Of a stretch of 64,000 nt of DNA, positions 39,022 through 51,131 are shown one piece after another. The DNA is taken from positions 16,784-80,783 of the forward strand of contig JAWBVE010000003.1 in NCBI GenBank assembly GCA_038840695.1. Reading direction: 5' to 3'. The stretch's first letter is position 1. Each line of letters starts with the position of its first letter. This DNA is from Candidatus Pacearchaeota archaeon (lineage in GTDB: Archaea; Nanobdellota; Nanobdellia; Pacearchaeales; JAPDKA01). Below the pieces are notes generated by a model. It was not told where the DNA came from. It saw only the letters and a list, made by a program, of their open reading frames with translations, and ran no database searches. Position numbers and translations under genes: made by a program.

Positions 39022-39276
39022 TTTTTCATCGAATCTCGCATCAGTTTCCTTGATTATTTTTTCCAAATTTTCTCCTAGTAAATATTCTAATAAGACTATC
39101 CCACCAAGATATACAGTAGGATTTTCTGAATTCAAAAAAGAGACGATTTTATCAATATACTCACGTTTTTCTTCAAAATTTGAAATAAGAAATTGGTATT
39201 CATTAATAACATCAACTAATGTTTGCCGATAGTCTTTTAATTTTATTTTCTCGCCAATTAAATTTTCAAGTGACAT
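39013..39276 (-). CDS. Hypothetical protein
   Basis: 87-aa ORF, convergent 9-nt overlap with 38572-39021. Confidence 0.55.
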   Translation of the reverse strand: MSLENLIGEKIKLKDYRQTLVDVINEYQFLISNFEEKREYIDKIVSFLNSENPTVYLGGIVLLEYLLGENLEKIIKETDARFDEKLS

Positions 39277-39400
39277 TTTAAGGCCATTTTTACTTTAAAG
39301 ATTATTTTTACTTTAAAATAATTACACTTTAAAAATTTTTCTTCTTAACAAACATAACGTCAAAAAGCTTTTTAAAACAAAATGTATAAATAAGTAAGAA

Positions 39401-39509
39401 GGGCCCTTAGCTCAGCTAGGTTAGAGCGCTGGTCTTATATGGCCACTTGCCGATTTGGCAAGAGCGCTAGGATAACCAGAGGTCAGCGGTTCAAATCCGC
39501 TAGGGCCCA
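39401..39509 (+). tRNA. tRNA-Ile(TAT) with 34-nt intron at 37/38 (39440-39473)
   Basis: GGGCCCT/AGGGCCC acceptor, CTGGT-CT-TAT-A / A-ACCAG; BHB helix CUUA/UAGG. Confidence 0.92.
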
Positions 39510-39517
39510 CTTTAAAA

Positions 39518-40516
39518 ATGGCAAAGCTAAAGCTGACACATTCTCAGTATTCCCAGCATTCTCAACTTGAGAAACATTTGCTGAAGAAAATTCCGGTTGT
39601 AAATAAAAATACCACAGTAAAGGAAGTGATTTCTAAGATAGAAAAGAAGAAATATGATAGCATTGATTACATTTATGTTGTAGAAAATAAAAATTTGATA
39701 GGAGTCATCGACACTGAAGATCTTTTTAAACAACCAAAGAACAAGCCAGTTGGAAGCTTTATGCGAAATGTTTTTTTCGCAAAGCCAGACTTTGAGCTAG
39801 AGAGAATAGCACACCTTGCATTAATTCATAATTTAAAACAAGTTCCGATAATTAGAGAAGTGGGCAAAGAAAAAAGGCTTATTGGAGCTATATCAATTCG
39901 TGAAATCCTTTCAGTAATTAATAAATCATTAAAGCGAGATATATTGCATTTTGCTGGCATTCATAAAGCGCATCTTGAATTTGAAAATAGCATGGAAGTA
40001 CCATACAATAAAGCTATAGAGCATAGACTTTCTTGGCTTGTTGTTGGCTTTGTTGGAGCCCTTCTAATAGCACTATTCGTTAGTTTTTTCGAATCAGCAC
40101 TTGCAGGCTATTTTATTATAGCTTCTTTTATTCCAGTAATCACTTATATAAGTGATGCTCTTGGCACACAGTTCCAGACCTTACTCGTTAGAGACTTTGC
40201 AATTTTAGGAAAAAATCTAAATTTGGCAAAATATTTTTTTAAACAAATGGTGATTGGCTTCGCAATAGCATTAATTTTTGGAATACTAACTTTCGGCTTT
40301 ATTATTGCCATTTGGCATAAGCTCAAGGTAGCGTTTATAATTTCATTTGCAATTTTTGCAGCTCTTATTATTACAGGCTTTTTCTCACTTTTAATTACTG
40401 CATTAATAAAGCGCTTCAACTTTGACCCAGCCTTAGGCAGCGGGCCTATTGCAACTATTATCTCTGATATTGTTTCTGTTGTTATATACTTTATTATTGT
40501 TACGATATGGCTATAA
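39518..40516 (+). CDS. mgtE: MgtE-like magnesium transporter (CBS pair + TM domain)
   Basis: Two CBS domains, RLSWL, FIPV..ISDALGTQ, DPALGSGP..TIISD. Confidence 0.85.
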   Translation: MAKLKLTHSQYSQHSQLEKHLLKKIPVVNKNTTVKEVISKIEKKKYDSIDYIYVVENKNLIGVIDTEDLFKQPKNKPVGSFMRNVFFAKPDFELERIAHLALIHNLKQVPIIREVGKEKRLIGAISIREILSVINKSLKRDILHFAGIHKAHLEFENSMEVPYNKAIEHRLSWLVVGFVGALLIALFVSFFESALAGYFIIASFIPVITYISDALGTQFQTLLVRDFAILGKNLNLAKYFFKQMVIGFAIALIFGILTFGFIIAIWHKLKVAFIISFAIFAALIITGFFSLLITALIKRFNFDPALGSGPIATIISDIVSVVIYFIIVTIWL

Positions 40517-40575
40517 ATAAAGAGAATCTGACTATAAATAAAGAAATAAAGATACTTAGCCAAAGATTCAAAGAT

Positions 40576-42036
40576 TCAATCCCTCTTGAAAAGCTTTTTT
40601 ATATGATAAAGCACAGGATGCTTTCTCCTTTCCTCGACATCCTCTATTATTTTAGCAGCTGACATTTGCCTATAGCGCTTACTATTTGCAATTTCTGGGG
40701 GTATAGCATGCTCAACTAACTCTACTATCTCATATCCTTTAAATCTCTCATCATAGCCCTTCACTTCTTGTGGCTTAACTCCTTGCCTTACCAAAGCTAC
40801 TATTTCATCTACATTAAACTTTTTTGGATAAGAAGCTGCTAACTTAGGCTTTATATTGTTCTTGACAAGTGTTACTATCTCATTCCCATCAAACCTTGTT
40901 GCATATGAAGCAGCTACTTCTGGGGCAATATTATTCTTGATAAAGTTGGCTATGCTCTCACCATCAAATCTTTTGTCATATTGTAAAGCTACATCTAAAG
41001 GGATATTCGCTTTTGCCAAAGCAACGATATCCTCCCCATTAAACCTACTATTCCTATATTTTTCAGCTATTTCAGGAGCCACATTGGCTTTGACAAGAGC
41101 AATGATATCAGAGCCATTAAAGCCAGCATATTGCAATGCTATAGCTGGAGGAATCTCAGCATTTGCCAAAGCTTGTTTTTCAATTTCAGAGAATCTATCC
41201 AGCTTAATCCTTTCTTCTTCACCAAGCCTATTAAACTCTAAGTTCCACAAAAATTTCTTTGGCTCAACTTTTTCACACACCTTCCAGTATTCTCTCCATT
41301 CCCTGCACCTCTTAACCCCTTGAGGGAGTTTCCAGTCTTCAACGACATCATAGATTACCTTCTCGCCTTTAATAATTTCCGGAACTGAAAAGGATATCCG
41401 CTCCATAACAATCACCGTTTTTCCTTTCTTAACCTCCAACCCGAAATGGAATGTGGTATCTTCTGATATCGCTATTGGGTAATAATCTATTGTTCTGCCC
41501 CCTTCATACAGACTCTTTTTTTCTATTCCCGGTATCTCAATAGCAATCTCATCTCCTTGAGGGTTAAATGGTATCTTATCAATAAAATATCTTGATTTAT
41601 CTTGAGGCATCTCGTCTGTCTTCAGGAGAGGTTCAAATTCCTCTTGCAATTTTTTTATTTTATTCTCATCCATCAAAGAGAGCATTGTCTTCATGAATGA
41701 GAGGCAATCATCCGGGTCATTAATATCGCTTTCACCGTAGAAACCAAACCTCCTGGGGACATCTTTCCTCTTTGCGAGCTCCGGAGGAAGAACACCAAGG
41801 AATGTATAAAAGACCGAACATAGTTTATCGTTCTTCCTGTAAAAATAGACGATTGTCGCTGCAATTGATATGAAAGAAGAAACCGAGTCCTCATAGGATT
41901 CCTCTGTTTTTTTTAAAAGATTCTTCTTTATCTCTTCAGCAGGTGTGCCTTCTATTATGCGTATGTGGTCTGGTCGCAGGTTAATAGCAAAACCGCCAAA
42001 CCATGTCTGAAGCTCTATCTTATCTTCGAGTGCCAT
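40576..42036 (-). CDS. Orphan protein with 7 C-terminal 25-aa helical repeats (paralogue B)
   Basis: 138 bp identical to 20751-20888 at 40575-40712; shared N-domain and promoter. Confidence 0.85.
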   Translation of the reverse strand: MALEDKIELQTWFGGFAINLRPDHIRIIEGTPAEEIKKNLLKKTEESYEDSVSSFISIAATIVYFYRKNDKLCSVFYTFLGVLPPELAKRKDVPRRFGFYGESDINDPDDCLSFMKTMLSLMDENKIKKLQEEFEPLLKTDEMPQDKSRYFIDKIPFNPQGDEIAIEIPGIEKKSLYEGGRTIDYYPIAISEDTTFHFGLEVKKGKTVIVMERISFSVPEIIKGEKVIYDVVEDWKLPQGVKRCREWREYWKVCEKVEPKKFLWNLEFNRLGEEERIKLDRFSEIEKQALANAEIPPAIALQYAGFNGSDIIALVKANVAPEIAEKYRNSRFNGEDIVALAKANIPLDVALQYDKRFDGESIANFIKNNIAPEVAASYATRFDGNEIVTLVKNNIKPKLAASYPKKFNVDEIVALVRQGVKPQEVKGYDERFKGYEIVELVEHAIPPEIANSKRYRQMSAAKIIEDVEERRKHPVLYHIKKLFKRD

Positions 42037-42144
42037 AACATATTATGCAAAAAGGGTTTTTAAATTTTTTGCTATTTTTAAGTAACTACTCATCAAATCT
42101 TTCTTCAGGCTCTACGTCCCCTCTCCCCTCCCTCCATCCTTACC

Positions 42145-44685
42145 TCATCTTGCCTCCTCTGCCCCCTCAGCTTCAGCCTCTGGCCTGATCACATCAACAT
42201 CGATAACTTCATCATCAGGCTTTAATTTGATAATTTTGACACCTCGGGTTGCGCGACCCATGCTCCTTATATCTTTAGCATTAAACCTAATCACAATTCC
42301 CTTTTTTGTTATTAGCATTATGCTTTCATTTCCAAGCAAGGTTTTTATCGCAACAACGTTTCCTACATTTGCACTAAGCGAGATATTTCTAACGCCGCTT
42401 GCAGCGCGCCTTGTTAGCCTGTATTGCTCAATTGGTGTTTTTTTGCCGAAGCCCTTGCTTGTTATAGTTAAAAGCTCTGCCTTTGGCTCAACAACCGCCA
42501 TGCCAACAACCTCATCTTGCTTTAGCTTTACAGCTGTAACACCATAGGCCGCCCTTCCCATTTCTCTAACTTCACTTGTGTTAAATCTAACTGCCATTCC
42601 TCGTGCTGTGGCTATTATAATCTCTCCATCTTGATCAAGCACAAATGCAGAAACAATCTCATCATCAAAAGGCAACTTTATTGCCCTTATTCCACTCTTC
42701 TTTATGTTTCTGAATTCTTCTAAATTTGTTTTTTTTATTATTCCTTTCTTGGTAACAAGCAACAAAAACTTGCCTGGCTGGCCTGGCTGGCCCGGCTTGC
42801 CAGGCTCGCTTGGCTTGCCTTTGCCCTGCTCAGCTTCCCTCATCACAATCACAGCTCTTAATTTTTCTTCAGGTTTTATTGAAAGCAAATTGCTTATATG
42901 CTTTCCCTTTCCATATCTTGAGGATTTTTGGATCTCATAGGCATGTAGCAAGAAAGCATTGCCCCTATTTGTTATGAAAAGTATAGGATCATGAGTCGAA
43001 CATATGATGATCTTATTTATATAATCATTTTCAGTCAGCATAGTTCCAATCATACCCTTGCCCCCTCTTTTCTGCTCTCTAAATTCATCAATGCTTATAG
43101 CATTGAGATATCCCTTATAACTTATCGTTAGCACTATATTCTCTTTTTTTATCAGCTCGAGCTCTGCAATTTCCTTTTTTGTTCCTTCAATTATCTTAGT
43201 TTTTCTTTCATCACCAAATTTATTTTTTATTTCAATAAGCTCTTTCTCTATAACTTTCAAGATATTTTTTTCTGAACTTAATATCTCTTTAAGCTCAGAA
43301 ATCTTTTTTTCGAGAGTAGCTTTCTCTGCTTTTATTTTCTCTTGCTCTAATTTAGTCAAGCGAGAAAGTTTTAGCTCAAGCAGCGCTTGTGCTTGCTTTT
43401 GGCTCAAATTGAATTTTTCTCTCAGCGCTTTTTCAGCATTTGCAACGCTGTCAGACTTTTTTATAATTTCAATTACTTTCTCAATTGCGCTAAGAGCAAT
43501 AATAAAGCCATCCAAGATATGTTTTCTCTCTTCAGCAATTTTCAACTCATATTCAGTCCTTTTTCTAACTATATTTTTTCTATGCTCAACAAAATGCATT
43601 ATTAGCTCCTTTAAGTTTAATAATTTCGGCACTCCAGCAACAAGAGCAATAAAATTACCATTAAAATTTGTTTCAAGTGAAGTATAGTTGTAAAGTCTAT
43701 TGATCAAGATTTTCTCGTTTGCATCTTTTCTAAGCTGTAGCACAATTCTTATTCCGACTTTTGTTGATTCATCACGCAAGTCAAGAATGTCAGTCAATTT
43801 TTTGCTCTCAATAAGCTTTGCAATTTCTTGAATTAAAGAGGCTTTATTAACTTGATATGGAATAGCCTTAATTATTAGCGCTTTCTTGCCACCTTTTTCT
43901 TCAACATCTACAATTCCCCTCATAATCACTTTCCCATTTCCACTTTCATACATCTCGCGTAGCCCTTCACTATAGATCACTCCTCCTGTCGGAAAATCAG
44001 GGCCTTTAATATAGTTAAGAAGCTCTTTTATTTCTATAGCAGGATTTTTTATATAAGCAATAATCCCATCGATAACTTCAGCTAGATTATGAGGTGGAAT
44101 GTTCGTTGCCATTCCTACAGCAATTCCTTGGGAGCCATTAATTAATAAATTTGGAATTTTTGCTGGCAATACAACAGGCTCTTTTAGCGTATTATCAAAA
44201 TTCGGAACTAGTTGCACTGTTTCCTTTTCTATATCCTCTAGTATCTCAGCGGCAATTTTGCTTAGCTTTGCTTCAGTATAGCGCATTGCTGCTGGAGCAT
44301 CTCCATCAATTGAGCCAAAGTTACCTTGGCCAATTATTAGTGGATATCTTAAATTAAAGTCTTGCGCCATTCTTACTAATGCCTCATAAACAGCCACATC
44401 GCCGTGAGGATGAAATTTACCAAGACACTCACCAACTATTCTTGCACATTTTTTTGTTGGTTTTTCAGGCGATAGTCCCATTTCGTGCATTGTGTAAAGA
44501 ATTCTTCTCTGCACAGGCTTTAGGCCATCTTCCACGCTTGGCAAAGCTCTTGCAACAATAACTGACATTGCATAATCTATATATGCCTTTTTAACCTCAT
44601 CACTAATCTCAACAGCTTCAGCTTCTTCGACTTCCTCAATCTGATTATTCGTGCTATTTTTTTCTTTATCCTTCATTTTCCTCAT
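42145..44685 (-). CDS. gyrA: DNA gyrase subunit A
   Basis: [21 protein letters not shown], GyrA-box QKRGGKG, beta-pinwheel repeats. Confidence 0.97.
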   Translation of the reverse strand: MRKMKDKEKNSTNNQIEEVEEAEAVEISDEVKKAYIDYAMSVIVARALPSVEDGLKPVQRRILYTMHEMGLSPEKPTKKCARIVGECLGKFHPHGDVAVYEALVRMAQDFNLRYPLIIGQGNFGSIDGDAPAAMRYTEAKLSKIAAEILEDIEKETVQLVPNFDNTLKEPVVLPAKIPNLLINGSQGIAVGMATNIPPHNLAEVIDGIIAYIKNPAIEIKELLNYIKGPDFPTGGVIYSEGLREMYESGNGKVIMRGIVDVEEKGGKKALIIKAIPYQVNKASLIQEIAKLIESKKLTDILDLRDESTKVGIRIVLQLRKDANEKILINRLYNYTSLETNFNGNFIALVAGVPKLLNLKELIMHFVEHRKNIVRKRTEYELKIAEERKHILDGFIIALSAIEKVIEIIKKSDSVANAEKALREKFNLSQKQAQALLELKLSRLTKLEQEKIKAEKATLEKKISELKEILSSEKNILKVIEKELIEIKNKFGDERKTKIIEGTKKEIAELELIKKENIVLTISYKGYLNAISIDEFREQKRGGKGMIGTMLTENDYINKIIICSTHDPILFITNRGNAFLLHAYEIQKSSRYGKGKHISNLLSIKPEEKLRAVIVMREAEQGKGKPSEPGKPGQPGQPGKFLLLVTKKGIIKKTNLEEFRNIKKSGIRAIKLPFDDEIVSAFVLDQDGEIIIATARGMAVRFNTSEVREMGRAAYGVTAVKLKQDEVVGMAVVEPKAELLTITSKGFGKKTPIEQYRLTRRAASGVRNISLSANVGNVVAIKTLLGNESIMLITKKGIVIRFNAKDIRSMGRATRGVKIIKLKPDDEVIDVDVIRPEAEAEGAEEAR

Positions 44686-44686
44686 T

Positions 44687-45028
44687 TTAACATGTTAAGT
44701 GAAAAATTCCAGCCTTTTTTTCTTTTAATGAATTGAATATCTCAATTGCCTTTGGCGTTATCTCAATGATGAGCCTAATTCCTCTTGCCCTTATCGCTTT
44801 AATGGCCCTCTCCTCAATTTTGGCTACTCCACCCTGGCCATTCCCAACAACAATTATTTTTGGCTCTTGTCTTAATATTTCATCAAACTCTTCAAGGCAT
44901 ATTTCATGACTTCCCATTAGCTTCTTGCGTTTTAATATAGTTTCGTCTGGCAAAATGACTATATCATAGTCATATTTTTTACCATTAATTGTTATTTCCC
45001 CAAACTGTGTTGCGTCGATGTGTAGCAT
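44687..45028 (-). CDS. Mth938-like domain protein
   Basis: [34 protein letters not shown], terminal FHLTC. Confidence 0.85.
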   Translation of the reverse strand: MLHIDATQFGEITINGKKYDYDIVILPDETILKRKKLMGSHEICLEEFDEILRQEPKIIVVGNGQGGVAKIEERAIKAIRARGIRLIIEITPKAIEIFNSLKEKKAGIFHLTC

Positions 45029-45065
45029 TTTGACATTTTAACTTAGCTTTTAGTTTTAAGCTTAG

Positions 45066-47012
<1,947 letters not shown>

Positions 47013-47038
47013 TTATAAATCTTTCGTCGGTAATTTTA

Positions 47039-47057
47039 TTTTTTCCGTCGGAAAAAA
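47039..47057. promoter_or_regulatory. Palindrome upstream of the gyrB TATA box
   Basis: TTTTTTCCG-T-CGGAAAAAA; TTTATAAA near 47012-47019. Confidence 0.45.
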
Positions 47058-47289
47058 ATGAAAAATAAAGAAACGTAAGAATTTTGTGTTTAAAAATTTT
47101 ATTATTAACTTTAGATAACAGAAATTTTTATAGCAGAAGAAAAAGAAGGAAAATTTCTTTACCTTATTGAAACTGGTACAGGTTCATTATATCTTGGGCA
47201 ACTTGAGAAAACAATAACAAAAATTGCCGCAGAACTTGCAAGACGATAATTTTTCAATTTTTCCATCGATTTTCTCTACCCTATCTACT

Positions 47290-47979
47290 CTATTTTTCTT
47301 CCTCAAGTAGTTGAGCTCTTAATTTTGCTTTTTCAACCTCTTTTACAAAGTTCATCGCATCCTCGACGCTTCCAACAATCTTAGCATAATGCATTGGAAT
47401 AGCAAGCCATGGCCTTATCTTTTTAACAAGCTCGCTTGCTTCTTTCCAGTCCATTGTATAGGTTCCTCCGACAGGCAACAACATTACAAGCCTCTCTGCA
47501 TATTTTTTTAAGTTATCTTGTTCAGGAATAACATCAGTGTCTCCTGCATGATAAATAATAAGCTCTTTTGTCTTTATCACATAACCAACCCAATCATGCA
47601 CTTTTGGATGAAATCGCTTTCCTATATTATAAGCAGGAATACATTCTAGTTCAAAATCATCCAGCTTAAAACTTGCTCCAGGCAAGGCTATCTTTATAGT
47701 TATTTTTGGTTGTAGTCTTGCTAAAGTGCTTTGGCAATCAGCTGTGCCAATAACTATTGTGCCATCTTTCGCAATCTTTTTCAAATCTTCTAGGCTAAGA
47801 TGGTCATAATGTTCATGCGTGATTAAAACATAATCTGCTTTCTCAAGATTTTCACTATCTTCTAGCTTATATGGATCAATATAAATAATTTTATTGTTTA
47901 TCCTCAACTTAAAACAAGCATGGCCAAGCCAATCTAATTCGATGTTTTTTATTTTCATTTTAGTTATTTCGTTAGACAT
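47290..47979 (-). CDS. MBL-fold metallo-hydrolase
   Basis: WLGHACF, THEHYDH, YHAGDT, IPMHY. Confidence 0.92.
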   Translation of the reverse strand: MSNEITKMKIKNIELDWLGHACFKLRINNKIIYIDPYKLEDSENLEKADYVLITHEHYDHLSLEDLKKIAKDGTIVIGTADCQSTLARLQPKITIKIALPGASFKLDDFELECIPAYNIGKRFHPKVHDWVGYVIKTKELIIYHAGDTDVIPEQDNLKKYAERLVMLLPVGGTYTMDWKEASELVKKIRPWLAIPMHYAKIVGSVEDAMNFVKEVEKAKLRAQLLEEEK

Positions 47980-48316
47980 TATTTTTTCTTTTTTCTTTTA
48001 GGAAAAATATGCTAGAAAGAAGTAAAAGAACAAATGACTCTAGTCTAAAAGAAAATAGTGCAAGAAAAGCTATTATTAAAAAATAAAACCAATTTCTTAG
48101 CCCTTGATAAATTTTAATCAGCGCTAAAACCAAAAGAAAGCCTAGCACAAGCCAAAGCAAGGAGAGAGATTTTAGTGCAATTCTAATATTTTCATTTACT
48201 GCTGCACCAGTGATAATATTGCTATAAATGAGGCCTAAAACAGCGTTAACTAGTAATAAAACAAATGCAATTAGACTTAAAATTACTCCTGCAACAAACC
48301 AACCGCTCTTTTTCAT
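47972..48316 (-). CDS. Small membrane protein
   Basis: Three to four hydrophobic helices; overlaps the MBL start. Confidence 0.65.
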   Translation of the reverse strand: MKKSGWFVAGVILSLIAFVLLLVNAVLGLIYSNIITGAAVNENIRIALKSLSLLWLVLGFLLVLALIKIYQGLRNWFYFLIIAFLALFSFRLESFVLLLLSSIFFLKEKRKNNV

Positions 48317-48447
48317 CTTAAATTTTTATTAATTTTTATTTATTAATTTTTCGCTTTTTGCTTTTCAACCCTTCACATCACTCATTTCATTTATTTATTC
48401 ACTTCACTTCACTTTTCACTCAACTCGTTCAAACACCATTCAAACTA

Positions 48448-48714
48448 TCATTCACCTTGCGCATTTTTAATAAGTTCATCACTTTCATCCATGACCTTTC
48501 CCATTATTTCTTTATCAGACATCCCACTTTCTCTATAGTTGAGTGCTTTAATTATGGCCGCTGCAGCTATCCTTTTAAGATCAAACCCTAATTTAAGCTC
48601 GTCGAGAACTGCCTCCAAAACTTTATCATTGCTCAAGCCAGGATGATCTCTTGCATAATCTAATGCCTGTGAAATAGCACTAACCATGGCCATCTTTATT
48701 TTTTCTATTTTCAT
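48448..48714 (-). CDS. Hypothetical helical protein
   Basis: 88-aa ORF with host-like composition. Confidence 0.6.
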   Translation of the reverse strand: MKIEKIKMAMVSAISQALDYARDHPGLSNDKVLEAVLDELKLGFDLKRIAAAAIIKALNYRESGMSDKEIMGKVMDESDELIKNAQGE

Positions 48715-48844
48715 TTTGAATTTTTGTGATTTTCGTGATTTTTGTGATTTTTTATTTTTACTTACTTATGATTCTTACTTATGATTTTATATTTAAAAAG
48801 TTATTTCACTTTTCACTTAGCACACTTTTTGCTCTATTTTTGCT

Positions 48845-49168
48845 TTATCTTTGCTCTATTATTGCCTTTATTTTTTTTAATGTTCCTGAAACATAAATGC
48901 AGCTAGGCTTTGATGGGCAAAGCAAAAGGCATCCTCGAGCTTGATTTAAAAATTTTCGATGCACACTAAAGATTAAAAAATTTTTCTCTTTAGCCTTGCT
49001 TAAGCTATTTTTATTTTCGACGAAAAAAGGCCTTGCTCGAGCATAATTCAGAAGCCCAACCCAAAGTAAAAAAGCATTCTTAATTTCCTGTTTTACTTTC
49101 TCTCTGCTCCCTTTATATTTAATTAGTAAATATCTTCTCGGCTCTTTCCAGCTCGGCAAGATTTGCAT
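48845..49168 (-). CDS. RNase P protein Rpp14/Pop5 family
   Basis: LPSWKEPRRYL, SGTLKK signature ends. Confidence 0.72.
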   Translation of the reverse strand: MQILPSWKEPRRYLLIKYKGSREKVKQEIKNAFLLWVGLLNYARARPFFVENKNSLSKAKEKNFLIFSVHRKFLNQARGCLLLCPSKPSCIYVSGTLKKIKAIIEQR

Positions 49169-49299
49169 AAATATTTAGTGCTCTGGGCTTTAAAATGTTT
49201 TTATAGTGCTGCTATTTGAAAATCAAGAAGAAGATGAGTTTTTGGAGAAGTAGGGGGAGGGCTCAAAAAGGTTTTTAAGATACCAACATACATAAAAAA

Positions 49300-49608
49300 A
49301 TGGAAAAAATAGAAAAAGAATTTTTAGACAAGTACAAGGGAAAAATAAAAAATTATGATATAAAAATAGAAAATAATCACATTTCAACAATAAAAATTTC
49401 TGAAGGTAACGAAGGGATTTATGAAAGTGGTGACCTTAAAAAATTGAAAAATTTAAAGAAAGTAGACATAGCCAAATCAGGCATTAAAAAGCTTGAGCCA
49501 GAATACCTGCCAGAAAGCTTGAAGGTATTGCGTGTCAGCAAGGACCAAGATGTAAGTGAAATTGAGAAGGATCCTAGGTTTAAGAAGTTGAGAATAGAAA
49601 AATATTAA
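49300..49608 (+). CDS. Small leucine-rich-repeat-like protein
   Basis: LKNLKKVDIAKSGIKKL and LPESLKVLRVS. Confidence 0.5.
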   Translation: MEKIEKEFLDKYKGKIKNYDIKIENNHISTIKISEGNEGIYESGDLKKLKNLKKVDIAKSGIKKLEPEYLPESLKVLRVSKDQDVSEIEKDPRFKKLRIEKY

Positions 49609-49619
49609 GATTAGGGGAC

Positions 49620-50012
49620 CACCAAAAATTGTAGTGATGGAGAAAGGATATTCTGCACCAAAAATTGTAGTAATGGGGAAGGACATTCTGTGCTAGTAGA
49701 AAGAATAGAAAAGAAGCTTCTTTTTGGGCATTACGGCGGTAAATGCGGTAATCTAGAGAATAAAGGGTTTTTGACAATGAAGCACAATTTAAAATTTATT
49801 GTGAACTACTTAGTTTTTTGACTTTTGGGATATGCCAAAAGGAAACAGAAGATACTTTTGCATTAATCGCCTGTGCTGCAATACACAATGAAATTACATA
49901 AACAGACAAATCCTGAAGAAGATGAGGTCGAGTTTAAAGATATTGAAAAGAGTGCAAGAGAGGAATTAAAAGAAAAGTTATGCCTAAGGTGCCTTCTGCC
50001 TCCGAGACAGTG
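49620..50012 (+). pseudogene. Frameshifted gene remnant starting with a 36/35-bp tandem repeat
   Basis: Second repeat copy is 1 nt shorter; protein-like segments continue in shifted frames. Confidence 0.35.
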
Positions 50013-50068
50013 ATTGGTAACTGACAGTGACAGTAAGTGGCAGTAACTGACAGTAACTTTTTTCCTCT

Positions 50069-51121
50069 TTATCTTATCTCACTTTTCTCAAAGATCCAGG
50101 GTTTGTAGATAGGAAATAGAACGATTTTATAAGCTTTTAATCCATATTTTCTTGCAAGATGCTTGGCGTTTTTTATACTTGTTAGTGCAAGCCCCTCTGC
50201 TTTATCATATTCAAGCCCAAGTGCTTGGCTAAGTTTTTTGCTACATTCAACGCCGCCATAAACAAGATAGCCATACTGATTTATGCTTTGCCATGGCTTT
50301 TTTATTTTTCTTGCCCTTCGTTTGAGCCTCTCGACAAGCTGCAACATGAATTTTGTCTTGACAGAACAAAAATGTGCATTAACACTTTTTTTTGCGGCAT
50401 AGCTAATTATTTTTCTTGCGAGCTTAGCAGAGCCCTTTACAGCATAACTCTCACCAATTCTTTCAAAGCCTCTTGCAAGCATTGCATTCCAGTTTGTTTC
50501 TGAAAATTCAAACTCGTTTAAATTTAAAAACAAATCATTTTCTGCACAGAAATCAACAATCCTCTTTAGCCTTTCAAGCTCAGCATTGTAGCGCTCTTTT
50601 TCAGGCCAAGGTATGCAAGGAATTTCTATGCCAGTACTCAAGCCTATATTGATCGCATTTTTAATTCTGTCAGCAACAAGCCCATCAAGCCTGTGAAATC
50701 TTATTTCGTCGAGCCCAGCATTTGCAAGCTGGCTCAGTCTTTCTTTGCTTGTGCCTATATATGTGTAAAGATGAATATGAAAGTTGCCTTTGCTGCCTTT
50801 GCTGAATCTTTTTTTAAAAGTACGCAAGTATTTTAAAACACGATTAAAAACAAGCATGGGCTCGCCGCCAGTAATACTAGCTCCAAGTGCATCCATTTCT
50901 TCAGCTTCTTTAATTGCATCACTTATCTTGCTTATCGGCCTTTCATTAACATAAACAACATCCTTGCCCCTTCTCTCATCTGAAATAGGACAATACCAGC
51001 ATCTAAAATTGCATTTGCCAGTTATAAAGATAACTGCTTTAGCACCTTTCCAACAAAGCTCACAGCCCCGAGCAATTTCGCCTGTCCAGAGCGAGCCAAA
51101 CTTGTTTGAGTGTATTGCCAT
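50069..51121 (-). CDS. Uncharacterised archaeal radical SAM protein
   Basis: GCELC, CNFRCWYC, ITGGEP, LNLNEFE. Confidence 0.88.
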   Translation of the reverse strand: MAIHSNKFGSLWTGEIARGCELCWKGAKAVIFITGKCNFRCWYCPISDERRGKDVVYVNERPISKISDAIKEAEEMDALGASITGGEPMLVFNRVLKYLRTFKKRFSKGSKGNFHIHLYTYIGTSKERLSQLANAGLDEIRFHRLDGLVADRIKNAINIGLSTGIEIPCIPWPEKERYNAELERLKRIVDFCAENDLFLNLNEFEFSETNWNAMLARGFERIGESYAVKGSAKLARKIISYAAKKSVNAHFCSVKTKFMLQLVERLKRRARKIKKPWQSINQYGYLVYGGVECSKKLSQALGLEYDKAEGLALTSIKNAKHLARKYGLKAYKIVLFPIYKPWIFEKSEIR

Positions 51122-51131
51122 GACATTCAGC

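Noticed and set aside
20752-42036. Diversity-generating retroelement explaining the paralogues
   Set aside because: No reverse transcriptase in the window; differences are not adenine-restricted (e.g. CCG TAT vs CCA CAA) and include repeat-number changes
47115-47249. 44-codon start-less reading frame
   Set aside because: No start codon or recognisable motif; at most a remnant
49620-49690. CRISPR-sized 36-bp repeat
   Set aside because: Two adjacent imperfect copies without a spacer; a coding-type duplication
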